Shown here: piece after piece, positions 1-9,924 of the stretch
How positions within the stretch are numbered: position 1 is the stretch's first letter
Layout: the number at the start of each line of letters is the position of its first letter
Source: Clostridia bacterium
GTDB taxonomy: Bacteria > Bacillota > Clostridia > JAAYHZ01
DNA: 64,000 nucleotides
NCBI GenBank assembly: GCA_050950825.1
Contig: JBMNIH010000004.1
Location: forward strand, 448,001 to 512,000
Direction of reading: 5' to 3'
Notes under the pieces: model-generated
Databases searched by the model: none
Told to the model about the DNA's origin: nothing
What the model saw: only the letters and a program-made list of their open reading frames with translations
Program-made: the position numbers and the translations under genes

Positions 1-235
1 AAGCACCCATGTGCCGGAAGACGCTCTTTTGCTGGACGAATTGTTGGAGCACATTGTTCATGAAATCGATAAAAACAATGAAAAAACGGCAAATGTATTG
101 AAAAGAAGGTTGTTTGCCCAAGAGTCTTACGAAAAAATCTCCTCTGCAGAAAAAATCCCCGTCTCCTCGGCACGTACCTATTTTACACGTGGAAGAAGAA
201 GGCTCATGCGTTCCATACAGGAATTCTTTAAGTAA
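1..235 (+). CDS. ECF RNA polymerase sigma factor, C-terminal region 4 (partial, runs off window start)
   Basis: SYEKIS..EKIPVSSARTYFTRGRRRL resembles the sigma region 4.2 HTH; lies directly upstream of a ZAS anti-sigma gene. Confidence 0.75.
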   Translation, partial: STHVPEDALLLDELLEHIVHEIDKNNEKTANVLKRRLFAQESYEKISSAEKIPVSSARTYFTRGRRRLMRSIQEFFK

Positions 236-249
236 AAGAAGATAGGAGG

Positions 250-1956
250 ATGTTTATGAAGTGCATGGATATTGTAAGGAACACATTGGATTATGTTGAC
301 CATAAAATGCCGAAAAAGATGAAGAAAAAATACGAGGATCATGTGAAAAAGTGCGATCAATGCCGTTACGTAAGTGATCTGATTCGAGCCAACTACGACA
401 GCAGCTTGAAAGCCGAGACGATTCCGGATTACAAAGATACGGTGATGGCGTGCGTGCATATATCAAAAGAACAAAGACAAATTTCAAGACCTTTGGTTTC
501 ATGGAAAAGAAAAGCCGTCCTATTAACCTTGCTCGCGATATTGGCCCTTGGAATCCACGGCAGTGCAAAGGGAGTTTTGCAAGGCATAGAGATTCTTATG
601 GGTCGTATAAGGCCTTCTGCGGAATATATACCGCTTCTTGAGAAAGCAGCGGGAGAATCCTTTGAGTCTTTGTTCCCTACGGTAGACCGTTCGAAATACG
701 AAAAAATAGACGGATTGTTTGCCCAAGTACAAGACAAAGTATGGAAGGATTTAAAAAGACTAAAAGCCGGCCAATATATCGAAACCGCATACAATGAAGT
801 ACAAGAAGGCTTTTTTGTAAAAGCGGCTAAACTCAGTACGGGACAGCCCGTCATTTTATACGGCCTGGAAGACGGAGCCGTAACCGGATTGGGCGAATTT
901 AAGAATACGTACAACCATGACGAAAACACCGTCAACCGGGTTATTGCCGCCGGAAATTTTATCGCCGTTCCGAATTACTTGCCTCAAGGATATCAATTCT
1001 CCGCCATTTCGACTTATGACGGACGAGTAGATACAATCTTCTATAAAGATGATAACGGGAACATATTGGCTATAGAACAAAAATCCCATGCCGATGTATC
1101 TTTAGACGGGAAACGTGCGGATGTATCCTTTGTCGGCGGATACGAAGCCTTGTGGATAGAGGATCAATCCGAAGAAACAAGAGAGCTTCTTATTTACTTA
1201 GGCGAAAATGTCGATAAGAAGGTGTTGCGCATCTCTGCAAACCGTTTGGACAGAGATGAAATAATAAAAGTAGCATCCGGTCTCGAATGGCATAACCTTG
1301 ACTCCAACGTAATGACGAAAGAAAACTTCTTCAAAGAGGTCAAGGAGCCCCTCGTCTTGGATTTATATGAAGAAATTGCGGCAAAAGAAAAAGAAGGTGT
1401 AAGAATATACGAATTGGATGTTGTGAACACTAAATTCGATTCGGCAAATATTCGATTCGGCAGAAACGACGCCGGACCCGGGGGATGGTATATGATTGAT
1501 TACAGGGGACTCTCCTATGATCAAGTAAAACACCGGATCAATTATCCTATGTTAGCCGACCCGACATGGCAGGATCAATACGAGCTCAAATATATTCATA
1601 TTGCCGGAAGACCCTACGAAGAAGCCAAGGAAGTAACCTTTGTTTTTAAGCAAAAGGATCAAGTATATACGGAATTTTTAATTACGGCAAAAGGACTGCC
1701 CAAGGAATACGAAAAATACACTTTATGGGATTTGGTTTTACTGACTTATATGGAAAGCCCGAAGGCCAAAATCGTTTACGATCAAAATAACCGACCGTAT
1801 ATCGTACGTTCAAAGGAAACCGACGATATACAAGTGCTTCTTTCGGTTATAGAGCTGGAAGACCGATATGTTATGTATGAAATGATGTTAGCAAGCGAAT
1901 ATTTTAAAGGGTCGACCATAGAAGATGCGGTAAACCGCTTCGAAATCATTCAATAA
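250..1956 (+). CDS. Zinc-binding (ZAS) transmembrane anti-sigma factor with DUF4367-like extracellular domain
   Basis: N-terminal HxxxCxxC (HVKKCDQC), one TM segment, PNYLPQGY motif, GGAGG RBS; start could be 256. Confidence 0.75.
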   Translation: MFMKCMDIVRNTLDYVDHKMPKKMKKKYEDHVKKCDQCRYVSDLIRANYDSSLKAETIPDYKDTVMACVHISKEQRQISRPLVSWKRKAVLLTLLAILALGIHGSAKGVLQGIEILMGRIRPSAEYIPLLEKAAGESFESLFPTVDRSKYEKIDGLFAQVQDKVWKDLKRLKAGQYIETAYNEVQEGFFVKAAKLSTGQPVILYGLEDGAVTGLGEFKNTYNHDENTVNRVIAAGNFIAVPNYLPQGYQFSAISTYDGRVDTIFYKDDNGNILAIEQKSHADVSLDGKRADVSFVGGYEALWIEDQSEETRELLIYLGENVDKKVLRISANRLDRDEIIKVASGLEWHNLDSNVMTKENFFKEVKEPLVLDLYEEIAAKEKEGVRIYELDVVNTKFDSANIRFGRNDAGPGGWYMIDYRGLSYDQVKHRINYPMLADPTWQDQYELKYIHIAGRPYEEAKEVTFVFKQKDQVYTEFLITAKGLPKEYEKYTLWDLVLLTYMESPKAKIVYDQNNRPYIVRSKETDDIQVLLSVIELEDRYVMYEMMLASEYFKGSTIEDAVNRFEIIQ

Positions 1957-1969
1957 CGGCAGTAAGAAT

Positions 1970-2002
1970 AAGGCCTTTCCGGTTACGGAGGGGTCTTTTT
2001 TT
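1970..2002 (+). terminator. Intrinsic terminator after the anti-sigma gene
   Basis: aaggcctttccg-gtta-cggaggggtctt hairpin followed by a T-run. Confidence 0.65.
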
Positions 2003-2108
2003 ACCCAATTTTCGAAAATGAAAAATGCGGTATTTATTGTCGTCGAAAGAAAACACTTTTTTTGCACATAATAAACCTAAGAACGTTTTGGAGGCGAGAA
2101 AGTGTAGA

Positions 2109-2819
2109 ATGAAATGGAAACGATACTTACCGATTATTCTTTTGCCCGTTTTTCTCGTATCTTGTACTGGAATCGAAATTGAAAAATCGGTTGAGGAGGA
2201 TAAGGAAGACGTCGATTTTGATATTGCAATCGAAGAATACGGCAATCCATCGATTACAATTGAAATAACAGGAGGTATAGCGGCTAAGGAAGAGGTGGAA
2301 ATCGGTTCCTTTGAAACCCCGCTACTGGATAAAAGCGAATCTCGAGTGAATAATATAAAGCTTGCGGCGAGAAAATTGGACGGTTACAAAATTAAACCGG
2401 GGAAAGAATTTTCCTTTAACAGGGTTGTAGGGAAGAGAACAATGGAAAAAGGATATAAAGTAGCTCCGATTATCATTCTGTCACCCGAAGGACCGAAAGG
2501 CTCCGAAGATATCGGGGGAGGCGTATGCCAGCTGTCCAGTACGTTATACAGTGCCGTAAATAAAGCCGGTTTAAAAGTAACCGAAAGGCACCCCCATTCC
2601 AAAAAGGTTCCGTATATTGACGAAGGTTATGATGCTACCGTTGATTTTGGCCGCTATGATCTAAAGTTTGTCAATACAAGGAGCAATCCGATAAAACTAA
2701 ATGTAATAATAAATAACGATTCGGTATCGGTAAAGATATTGGAGGACAAGACAAAAGAAAATCGAAAAACAAAAAATGCTCCTCTTTTTCAAAGAGGAGC
2801 ATCGTCTGATATTTACTGA
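2109..2819 (+). CDS. VanW-family lipoprotein
   Basis: Lipobox LVSC; RVNNIKLAA, FSFNRVVG, GGGVCQLSSTLY, ERHPHS, GYDATV and DLKF motifs. Confidence 0.85.
   Translation: MKWKRYLPIILLPVFLVSCTGIEIEKSVEEDKEDVDFDIAIEEYGNPSITIEITGGIAAKEEVEIGSFETPLLDKSESRVNNIKLAARKLDGYKIKPGKEFSFNRVVGKRTMEKGYKVAPIIILSPEGPKGSEDIGGGVCQLSSTLYSAVNKAGLKVTERHPHSKKVPYIDEGYDATVDFGRYDLKFVNTRSNPIKLNVIINNDSVSVKILEDKTKENRKTKNAPLFQRGASSDIY
2765..2802 (-). terminator. Intrinsic terminator of the trigger-factor-like gene, overlapping the 3' end of vanW
   Basis: 12-bp perfect stem atgctcctcttt/aaagaggagcat with a U-tract on the minus strand. Confidence 0.7.
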
Positions 2820-3973
2820 AGATTCGCATTTTGTACCAAGAAATTGATTACTTCTTGGTTCAGAACCAAAAGCTTTAAATAAGGTAAGCCGTATGCCTCT
2901 TCGTATGGCGAATAGTCTCTTTCTCCTTCGTATTCGTAAAAGTAATCGGCCACATCTTCTTCCGTTACCGAAATGTTAGCGTCTTCCGCTATCGCTTGAA
3001 AAATAAGGAACATTTTAACCGCTTGCTCGTTATCCTCGCGATATTCGGCTAATAATTCTTCGCTTGAAGATACCTCCAAATAGGTTTTTAAGAAATCTTC
3101 GTATTCCATTCCGTAATAATCTGCATAGTCTTTAAAATAGCTTACCACCGAATTTTCTTGGTATTTCATCATGGATTCGGGGATAGAGCGTATCGTCGAG
3201 TTTTCAAAAACGTAGTTTTGTATATATTCCTCTAAGGCTACTTTTTGTAAATCGCTTCGAATGGCTTCTTTCATGCTGTTAACGTCCTGCCAGCCGAATT
3301 CGTTCGAAAAATTTTCTTGAACAAAGCTGTCCGTCAGCTCGGGCATAATGGTTTCGATAATGTAATTGATGGTGACCTTAAATAACGCATCCTTGCCGTT
3401 TAATTCTTCGTGACCGTAGTCTTCGGGAAACGTTACTAAAACATCGACTTGCTCTCCCGGCTTATGACCGATCAGCTGCTCCAAAAAATCGTCTATATAT
3501 CGTGTAACACCGATGACTACCGTAGTACCGGCACCGCCCGTACTGCCGCCTTCGAATTCTTTTCCGTCTATGGAGCCCACATAATCGATGTTTACCGTAT
3601 CGCCGTCGGCAACGGCTCTGTCGGTTATTTCATTATAATCCGAATAATAATACAATATATTCTCCAATTCGTACATGATGTCGCTGTCCGTGATTTGATG
3701 AACTTCGGCAGGGACGGGTATTTTCATATATTCGCAAAGCTCCACGTAGTCAAGAGCCCGTATATCTTTCCAAAAACCGCTATCGGTAATGCCTTCGCTG
3801 TAGTTGAAGCCTTCGGTATCCTTTCCTTCGGAAGAAGTACCGGTGGTTACTTGGGTTGTTCCTTCAGTCTCTGTGCCCTCAATTTTTTTGTCCGAACTTT
3901 TACATGCCGTAAACATAAAGAAGACGGCTGTTATCAACAACATTACGACTGATAACTTGATTTGCTTTTTCAT
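2813..3973 (-). CDS. Trigger-factor-like FKBP peptidyl-prolyl isomerase lipoprotein
   Basis: Lipobox FTAC; GDTVNIDYVGSIDGKEFEGG, FLEQLIGHKPGE, VTFPEDY..ELNGK; AGGAGG RBS; no ribosome-binding N-domain. Confidence 0.85.
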   Translation of the reverse strand: MKKQIKLSVVMLLITAVFFMFTACKSSDKKIEGTETEGTTQVTTGTSSEGKDTEGFNYSEGITDSGFWKDIRALDYVELCEYMKIPVPAEVHQITDSDIMYELENILYYYSDYNEITDRAVADGDTVNIDYVGSIDGKEFEGGSTGGAGTTVVIGVTRYIDDFLEQLIGHKPGEQVDVLVTFPEDYGHEELNGKDALFKVTINYIIETIMPELTDSFVQENFSNEFGWQDVNSMKEAIRSDLQKVALEEYIQNYVFENSTIRSIPESMMKYQENSVVSYFKDYADYYGMEYEDFLKTYLEVSSSEELLAEYREDNEQAVKMFLIFQAIAEDANISVTEEDVADYFYEYEGERDYSPYEEAYGLPYLKLLVLNQEVINFLVQNANLQ

Positions 3974-4235
3974 TAAAGCCTCCTTTTGATATCCATAAAT
4001 AATTTTCCCCTTACACGGGCAGATCATCCGGTGAAAGGCATGAAATCATAGGGTATATTATACACTAAATTTATGACCTTTTTGTGAATGGTTTATATCT
4101 TTTTTAAAATTAAGTTTTCTGTCAAGATTTTATCTCGATTTTCCTCGTTAGCAAAAAGAAAAAGCAAATCTATAGAAAAACCGGGCAAAGACTGAACTTC
4201 TTTCAAGGAAGGAGCAGGGAGGGCCGCCGGAGTTG

Positions 4236-4995
4236 CTAGAGAGAGTTTCCAAACCTTCGTCCCAAAAAATCAAAGAAGTGTCCCGCCCATTTTTTTATCG
4301 GGCCTAAGCGGGTTTCATAATAGTAATCGGATTGAAACCATCCTTTTTCCGGATAATAGGTATAGTCAAAACTCTTTTTATCTCTATATTGCAGCCCGCT
4401 TCTTGTGGTTCGAAACAGCATCAGTCTGAAAAAAGAGGGAACCGGCCGAACATCACGAAGAAGATTTCGATAAAACCTCTCCGAGCATTTTTCAATCTTT
4501 TGAACCGCCTTTTTTTTCCGGCTTTCGGACATCGGATCCATCGTCCATATGCTGCAACCCTTTATCACTTCAAATCCCAAATTGGCACCCGAATCTTCAA
4601 GATATTTGCGTACCTGATCGCCGACAGGGACGCCTTGGGTAACAATGGCCGTGAATGTCTTTCCGAAGAAACGCGGCCTATGGAATATAAAGGCTGACCT
4701 ATCCAAAAGGTTTTTCATTCGTCCCGAAACCTGAAAAGCATAGCAGGGTGAAGCGAAAATTACGCCGTCCGATTGTTTTCAGCAATTCATCCCGGTCATC
4801 TTTAAGGGGACAAAAGACTTCTCCTTTATCGAAGCATAGGCAGCAGCCAAGGCAAAAGCCTAAGTTATAATCGCTTAAAAAGACATACTCAAAGTCAATA
4901 TCCTCATATTGCTTCAAGTTATTCTCGAATTGTTGCACGGCAAAGTAGGTAGATTTCTTCCGCGCACTTCCGATGAATGCGGTTACTTTTTTCAT
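4236..4995 (-). pseudogene. Flavodoxin-like / NAD(P)H-dependent FMN reductase (iron-sulfur flavoprotein family), frameshifted
   Basis: GSARKKST and CxxCxxC..C motifs in the first frame; QSDGVIFASPCYAFQVSGRMKNLLDR continues in another frame from ~4778. Confidence 0.8.
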
Positions 4996-5045
4996 TTTTT
5001 ATTCCTCCTAAAAAATCGATTCGTCCGATGCGGATTTTTTAAGGA

Positions 5046-5261
5046 TTAATCGATACTTTCCAACTTTAATAGGCGATCGCATCTTGCATCTACCGTGGCT
5101 TGGATTTCTTCGAGCAATGCCGCATTACGGGATTCAAAAAGGTGCTTGAATCTGCCCTGCTTTAACAAATACTCTTGAACAGGAAGCTTTTGTTTCGGCT
5201 TGTAATTGATTCTATATTGCCCGTTGATAATTTCATACAATGGCCAAAAACATGTTTCTAC
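5046..5261 (-). pseudogene. C-terminal fragment of pyruvate/2-oxoacid:ferredoxin oxidoreductase beta subunit
   Basis: VETCFWPLYE...PVQEYLLKQGRFKHL...IQATVD is the typical PorB C-terminus; the 5' part is absent. Confidence 0.75.
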
Positions 5262-5296
5262 AACCCTTGCGTTGCAAGGGCTTTCATAAAAATTGA

Positions 5297-5349
5297 CGGA
5301 AGAGGTGGGATTCGAACCCACGGTACGTTTCCGTACACCTGATTTCGAG
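5297..5349 (-). pseudogene. 3' half of a tRNA-Ser(CGA)
   Basis: ctCGAaa anticodon loop, variable arm gtacg-gaaa-cgtac, T arm gtggg-TTCGAAT-cccac, acceptor strand ctcttcc-G; no 5' half and no CCA. Confidence 0.8.
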
Positions 5350-5368
5350 TGCTCCGATAAACTTAGAA

Positions 5369-6414
5369 TAAAGTGTACCCTTTTGTCAAGGACAAAATGA
5401 GTTTTTGATTTCAATTCATAAATGAGTATTCAGTGGCTGTTGATTCACCTGTCCCGGACTTTGAGTACTACCATACCGGTGTTTCGGAGTCAGGTTTCCG
5501 CATTTATTCCACGATCCTCTTGACAACGAGCCTCTGCCGGCATGTTTGCTGGCATCAGAGGCATCCCCCATGCTGAACAAGGCAGAAGGGCTCTGGAGGT
5601 GGTTGATGCCCGGTCAGATAGCCTAACATGCCGGGCTCTCATTGTCAAGAGGCTTTCGCGGCATATAAACGCTGCCTTCCCATCAGCTCTCCTTGAATCC
5701 ATTTGGCTTGGGTATATTTAGTGGATACTCGCCAGTTGTTAAATATTTGTAATACTCTGCAGGAGATAGCTTTGCTAAATCCCATTGATATCTTTCGTAG
5801 TTATAATACTCTGTCCAGTCAGTTATTGCTGATAGGATTTCTTCATAAGTGTTACACTCTTCGATATGAATTTCATCCTTCATATGTCCGAAGAAGGACT
5901 CTTGCGGAGCGTTTATCCCAGCAGTTTGCCCTTCTGGACATTGACTGCCTTAATTCGCTGTTTTTAATCAGCTGTATAAAACTAAGACTAGTGTAATGTG
6001 ACCCTTGATCACTGTGGATTAGGGTTTCTGCCGTTAAGGAAATCCCATGTTTTTTCAATGAGCTGATTCACTGTCTCAAGTACAAAATCAACTTCCAAAG
6101 ATGGACTCACTACCCATGCTAGGAGTTCTTTTGTACAGGCATCTATAATAGTAGACATATAGCATCTAGGTGCTCTACCGTTAATAATATATGTGATATC
6201 TGTAAGCAGAACTTTCCGTGGTCCATGTTCCTCAAACTCGCGATTCAGGAGATTTGGAGCGACATAGGAAGTACCTATCGCTTTTGCTATACGTCTGTAT
6301 GGATTTGCTTTGCGAATTGGGCATTTTAATCCATACTTCTTCATAAGACGCCGAATCTTTTTTATGTTCATGACAACCGGTGGAGTCTGATGCAGTAATC
6401 TCATATAAATCCCA
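5369..6414 (-). mobile_element. IS3-family (IS150-like) element, truncated and frameshifted
   Basis: OrfB pieces 6009-6404, 5873-6058 and 5683-5883 (LLTDITYI, IHSDQGSHY, QSMSRRANCWD, YYNYER); probable end repeat taaagtgtacccttttgtcaaggaca at 5369; 5' part cut by the IS256 element. Confidence 0.85.
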
Positions 6415-7806
6415 GTTATAGTCTTAAGTAGTGGTGTAAATTTCGTGGAGTATGCTTGACAAGAGTAACCACGATATGATTTTTACTTTATTAGATTCAA
6501 ACAAAAAAGATAAAGTAAAGGAGGTCATACCGTGGCTACTAAAAATAGAATGTCACTTTTAGAGCAACTTAGCAAGTATGTTGTTGAAAAAGATAAGGAT
6601 TTTTTAAAGGAAGCGCTTACGCTGTTAATCAATGCTCTGATGGATGCGGAAGTTACGTCGATGATCGGTGCGGAAAAGTATGAACGAAGTGAGAATCGGA
6701 ACAATCATCGTAATGGATACCGACAAAGAGAATGGGATACTCGCCTTGGTACGTTACAGTTAAGCATACCCAAATTGAGGCATGGAAGCTATTTCCCAAG
6801 TTTATTAGAGCCTCGGAAGATGTCAGAAAAAGCTTTATTAAATGTGGTGCAGGAAGCTTATGTGCACGGTGTCAGCACTAGAAAAGTAGATGAGTTGGTA
6901 GAATCTCTCGGAATTAAAGGGATGGATAAAAGCGAAGTTTCCAGGATCAGCAAGCAATTGGATGGCTTTGTCACCGAGTTCAAGAACCGCATACTCGAAG
7001 GAGAATACCCTTATCTTTGGCTTGATGCTACTTTTCCTAAGGTTCGTGAAGGTGGAAGAGTATGCAGTATGGCACTTGTAATAGCCGTAGGTGTAAATCA
7101 GTCCGGTGAACGAGAGATACTAGGTTTTGATGTCGGCATGAGTGAAGACGGAGCTTTTTGGGAAGAGTTTCTGAGAAAGCTTGTAGCAAGGGGACTTAAA
7201 GGGGTGAAGTTAGTTGTAAGTGATGCCCATGAGGGGTTAAAATCCGCCATAAAGAAGGTTTTAACCGGGAGCACATGGCAAAGATGCCGAGTACATTTTA
7301 TGCGGAACGTATTAAGCCAAGTGCCGAAGAAGTGCCAAGGAATGGTCTCCTCAATCATACGCACCATTTTTGCACAAAATGATCAGGAATCCGCAAGGGA
7401 ACAGCTAAGACATGTGGTAGATGAACTGAGGGGGCGTTTTCCGAAAGCAATGGAAATCCTTGAAGCAGCCGAAGAGGATATATTGGCGTATATGGCCTTT
7501 CCCCGTGAGCATTGGATACAGATTCATTCTACGAATCCATTGGAACGGCTTAATCGTGAGATACGCCGTCGGACTGATGTTGTATGCATATTTCCTAATC
7601 GTGATGCCGTTATTCGCCTTGTAGGTACTATGCTTATGGAGCAGAACGATGAATGGCAGGTAGGGCGGCGATACTTCAGTTTAGAATCTATGGAAAAGCT
7701 TACACAGGCTAATGGGTTTTCATTAGCTCCGATTGCTATCTTACATAAATGAAACGAAGGGAAGATAAAGTAGAAATCATTTTACACCACTTGACAAGAC
7801 ACTATC
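6415..7806 (+). mobile_element. IS256-family insertion sequence
   Basis: Imperfect terminal IRs gttatagtcttaagtagtggtgtaaa / (rc) gatagtgtcttgtcaagtggtgtaaa around an intact transposase; no target duplication seen. Confidence 0.9.
6532..7752 (+). CDS. IS256-family (Mutator-type) transposase
   Basis: RNGYRQR, GVSTRKV, YLWLDA, VSDAHEGL, WQRCRVHFMRN and STNPLERLNREIRRR motifs; GGAGG RBS with GTG start. Confidence 0.95.
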   Translation: MATKNRMSLLEQLSKYVVEKDKDFLKEALTLLINALMDAEVTSMIGAEKYERSENRNNHRNGYRQREWDTRLGTLQLSIPKLRHGSYFPSLLEPRKMSEKALLNVVQEAYVHGVSTRKVDELVESLGIKGMDKSEVSRISKQLDGFVTEFKNRILEGEYPYLWLDATFPKVREGGRVCSMALVIAVGVNQSGEREILGFDVGMSEDGAFWEEFLRKLVARGLKGVKLVVSDAHEGLKSAIKKVLTGSTWQRCRVHFMRNVLSQVPKKCQGMVSSIIRTIFAQNDQESAREQLRHVVDELRGRFPKAMEILEAAEEDILAYMAFPREHWIQIHSTNPLERLNREIRRRTDVVCIFPNRDAVIRLVGTMLMEQNDEWQVGRRYFSLESMEKLTQANGFSLAPIAILHK

Positions 7807-7831
7807 AGGCCGTTTTTTTATGCCCTTTTTG

Positions 7832-9924
7832 GTAGTGTCAAAAAAGTTATGAAAACAACGAATTGAGATTACAGAAATGTAAGTAATTAGAAGATTGAAC
7901 CTTGACAGCAGAATAGAGTGGAGAAAAAGGGCAAAAATTAAGGGCTTAGTGCGAAAAAGATACGGAAAAACCTACGTAAAAGGATATTATTGCATGATTA
8001 AAAAGCCTTGCTGGCTTAATATATGTTTACCTATTAACTTTCCTGTTAAGCTGCTTGGTGCTCCAAAATATAGTACTGTGCCATGTCAAGCAACTCCAAC
8101 CATTTGGCTGGCATATTAGGGAGCTTCGTAACTCCCGGGATATTGACAGGAACTCTATAACCCAGAGATTTATGTGGTCTTAAGAAATTATGCCAAGTCG
8201 TAAATAGCGTTAAATAGTTTTGGCAGTTATCAAAGGCTCCAAAGCCATTGGTTGACTTGTAATAACGCTTTAAAGTACGGTTGAGTCGTTCAATAACCTG
8301 TTTAAGTGGTCTGTACTCTTCGGAAACGGGATCGTCATTGGTTAGCCCAATAACTTGTGTTACATCGAAGTGAATGCCGTGGCTCGCAAAGAAGTGCTGA
8401 GCCAGCAGATAGATGGGGTTTCCATCAAAGACCATGTTCAGTTTCTCAGGAATCTCCTTGTATTTTGATAAAGTATCATCAATAGCCTTGATAGCGGCAA
8501 CGGTGTCTCTGTTGGGAGAGACATGATGAGAGGTGATAATTTTCTTAATGGTATCAAAGATGAAGAAGACATAATGCCATTTACCATTGACTTTGACGTA
8601 GGTTTCATCGCCACAGATAGAGCTGGTCAATGGATAGTCATAGTTATCCACAAAAGGTTTGAGTAGCATTGCTGCAGCGTTGCCATAGTTGATGACAGTC
8701 TGATGGGAGATGTTAACTCCATGGATATCCCGCATGATGGATGCAACCATTCTTGAGCTCATGCCATAGTTTACGTAGTAAGAGAGAATTAACCCTAAGG
8801 TATAGGGTGAGGAATGGATTTTGGAAAGATCCACATCAGGCATTACAGGTGATTCTTTTGATAATGGTTTAAGCTTGATTGTAAATTCCCTGTGTATGTA
8901 GTGGAGTTTGAACGCCTGTGGATCTGCTATATAGCGATTACGTTCCTCGGAACTAAGTCTTTTGAGGTTGGATAAATAGAAGGAGCATTTGGGATTTTTG
9001 CATTTAAAAACATTAAAATCCTTACGCTTTTTGATTCTCTCCAGAACCCTGTTACAGTGAGGACAACGGAGGGCTACACTCTTTAAGTAGTCAGTACTGT
9101 TACCGAAGGTGAAGTCACACACTTTGCAAAGATATTGAGTATTTTTGGCTTTACCATTATTCCTGTAAATATAGGAATGAGGAGCACCACACTTGGGGCA
9201 AAGAATATCTTCTGAAACTGGAAGACAGCCTTTACGGCGTGAGACAGGCTTCAATGGCTTTCCATGCTCGGCAAAATATTCTTTAAGAAGTTGGAGGTAA
9301 TCAAGCCGTTCAAAAGATTCAACAACAGGCATAGAATCCACCTGAAGCTTCCGGTATTCCTTGCGTACAGGCTCGTCATAGAGTTTCTTCAGGGAATATT
9401 TGCCCAAGTTAATCCACATGAGATAAATAATAATTTTTAATTGTATTTGAATTGTTAAGCACAATGATAGTATAATATTACTCAAGGTGATAATCTCCTT
9501 TCGGGTGATATTTGATTGGTGCTACTTGAGAATATTATACCAAAGGGTTATCACCTTTTCTAATGCAAATCAATTCAGATGCTATTCAAAGAAATTATCT
9601 TGTTGTGGATTTGTGGAAAAGTTCATTCCGGCAAGAATCGCTAAGCAAAAGGCCGTGGACAAAATCATGGATAAACCATGGAAAACCCTGAAGGGTTTCC
9701 CACACCTTACCCACAATTTTGCCCACAACCTTCAGCAAGCAATTCTAAGCCACAATAAACTTTACCACAAGCTCCACAACAACTACTGCTGCTATAAAAT
9801 AACAATAAAAACATAAATAAACTCTGGATATTTTCCAATTTTCAGGGGGGATACAAGAATAACTGGTGAAAGCCAGTGAAATAGATGGTTTAGGTCAAAA
9901 TTCGTTCAGAATTTTTGACACTAC
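7832..9924 (-). mobile_element. IS element with IS6/IS240-like DDE transposase
   Basis: 13-bp terminal IRs gtagtgtcaaaaa (7832) and tttttgacactac (9912-9924). Confidence 0.8.
8046..9485 (-). CDS. DDE transposase with N-terminal zinc ribbons (IS6/IS240-like domain)
   Basis: CPKC, CKVC, CPHC, CKNPKC; GDETYVKVNGKWHY, VFDGNPIY and IERLNRTLK DDE motifs; AGGAG RBS with TTG start. Confidence 0.88.
   Translation of the reverse strand: MSNIILSLCLTIQIQLKIIIYLMWINLGKYSLKKLYDEPVRKEYRKLQVDSMPVVESFERLDYLQLLKEYFAEHGKPLKPVSRRKGCLPVSEDILCPKCGAPHSYIYRNNGKAKNTQYLCKVCDFTFGNSTDYLKSVALRCPHCNRVLERIKKRKDFNVFKCKNPKCSFYLSNLKRLSSEERNRYIADPQAFKLHYIHREFTIKLKPLSKESPVMPDVDLSKIHSSPYTLGLILSYYVNYGMSSRMVASIMRDIHGVNISHQTVINYGNAAAMLLKPFVDNYDYPLTSSICGDETYVKVNGKWHYVFFIFDTIKKIITSHHVSPNRDTVAAIKAIDDTLSKYKEIPEKLNMVFDGNPIYLLAQHFFASHGIHFDVTQVIGLTNDDPVSEEYRPLKQVIERLNRTLKRYYKSTNGFGAFDNCQNYLTLFTTWHNFLRPHKSLGYRVPVNIPGVTKLPNMPAKWLELLDMAQYYILEHQAA

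Noticed and set aside
4236-4995. Programmed frameshift in the flavodoxin-like gene
   Set aside because: No clear slippery site or stimulator; a few residues appear deleted and the gene borders a decayed region.
5046-5414. 122-aa ORF in the track
   Set aside because: Chimeric read-through of an IS end, the half tRNA and a porB stub; not a real gene.
5490-5702. 70-aa ORF downstream of the IS3 transposase
   Set aside because: Coincides with the long hairpin; no RBS or recognisable motif.
9487-9816. 109-aa plus-strand ORF inside the IS6-like element
   Set aside because: Overlies the inverted-repeat region; no RBS or protein motif.
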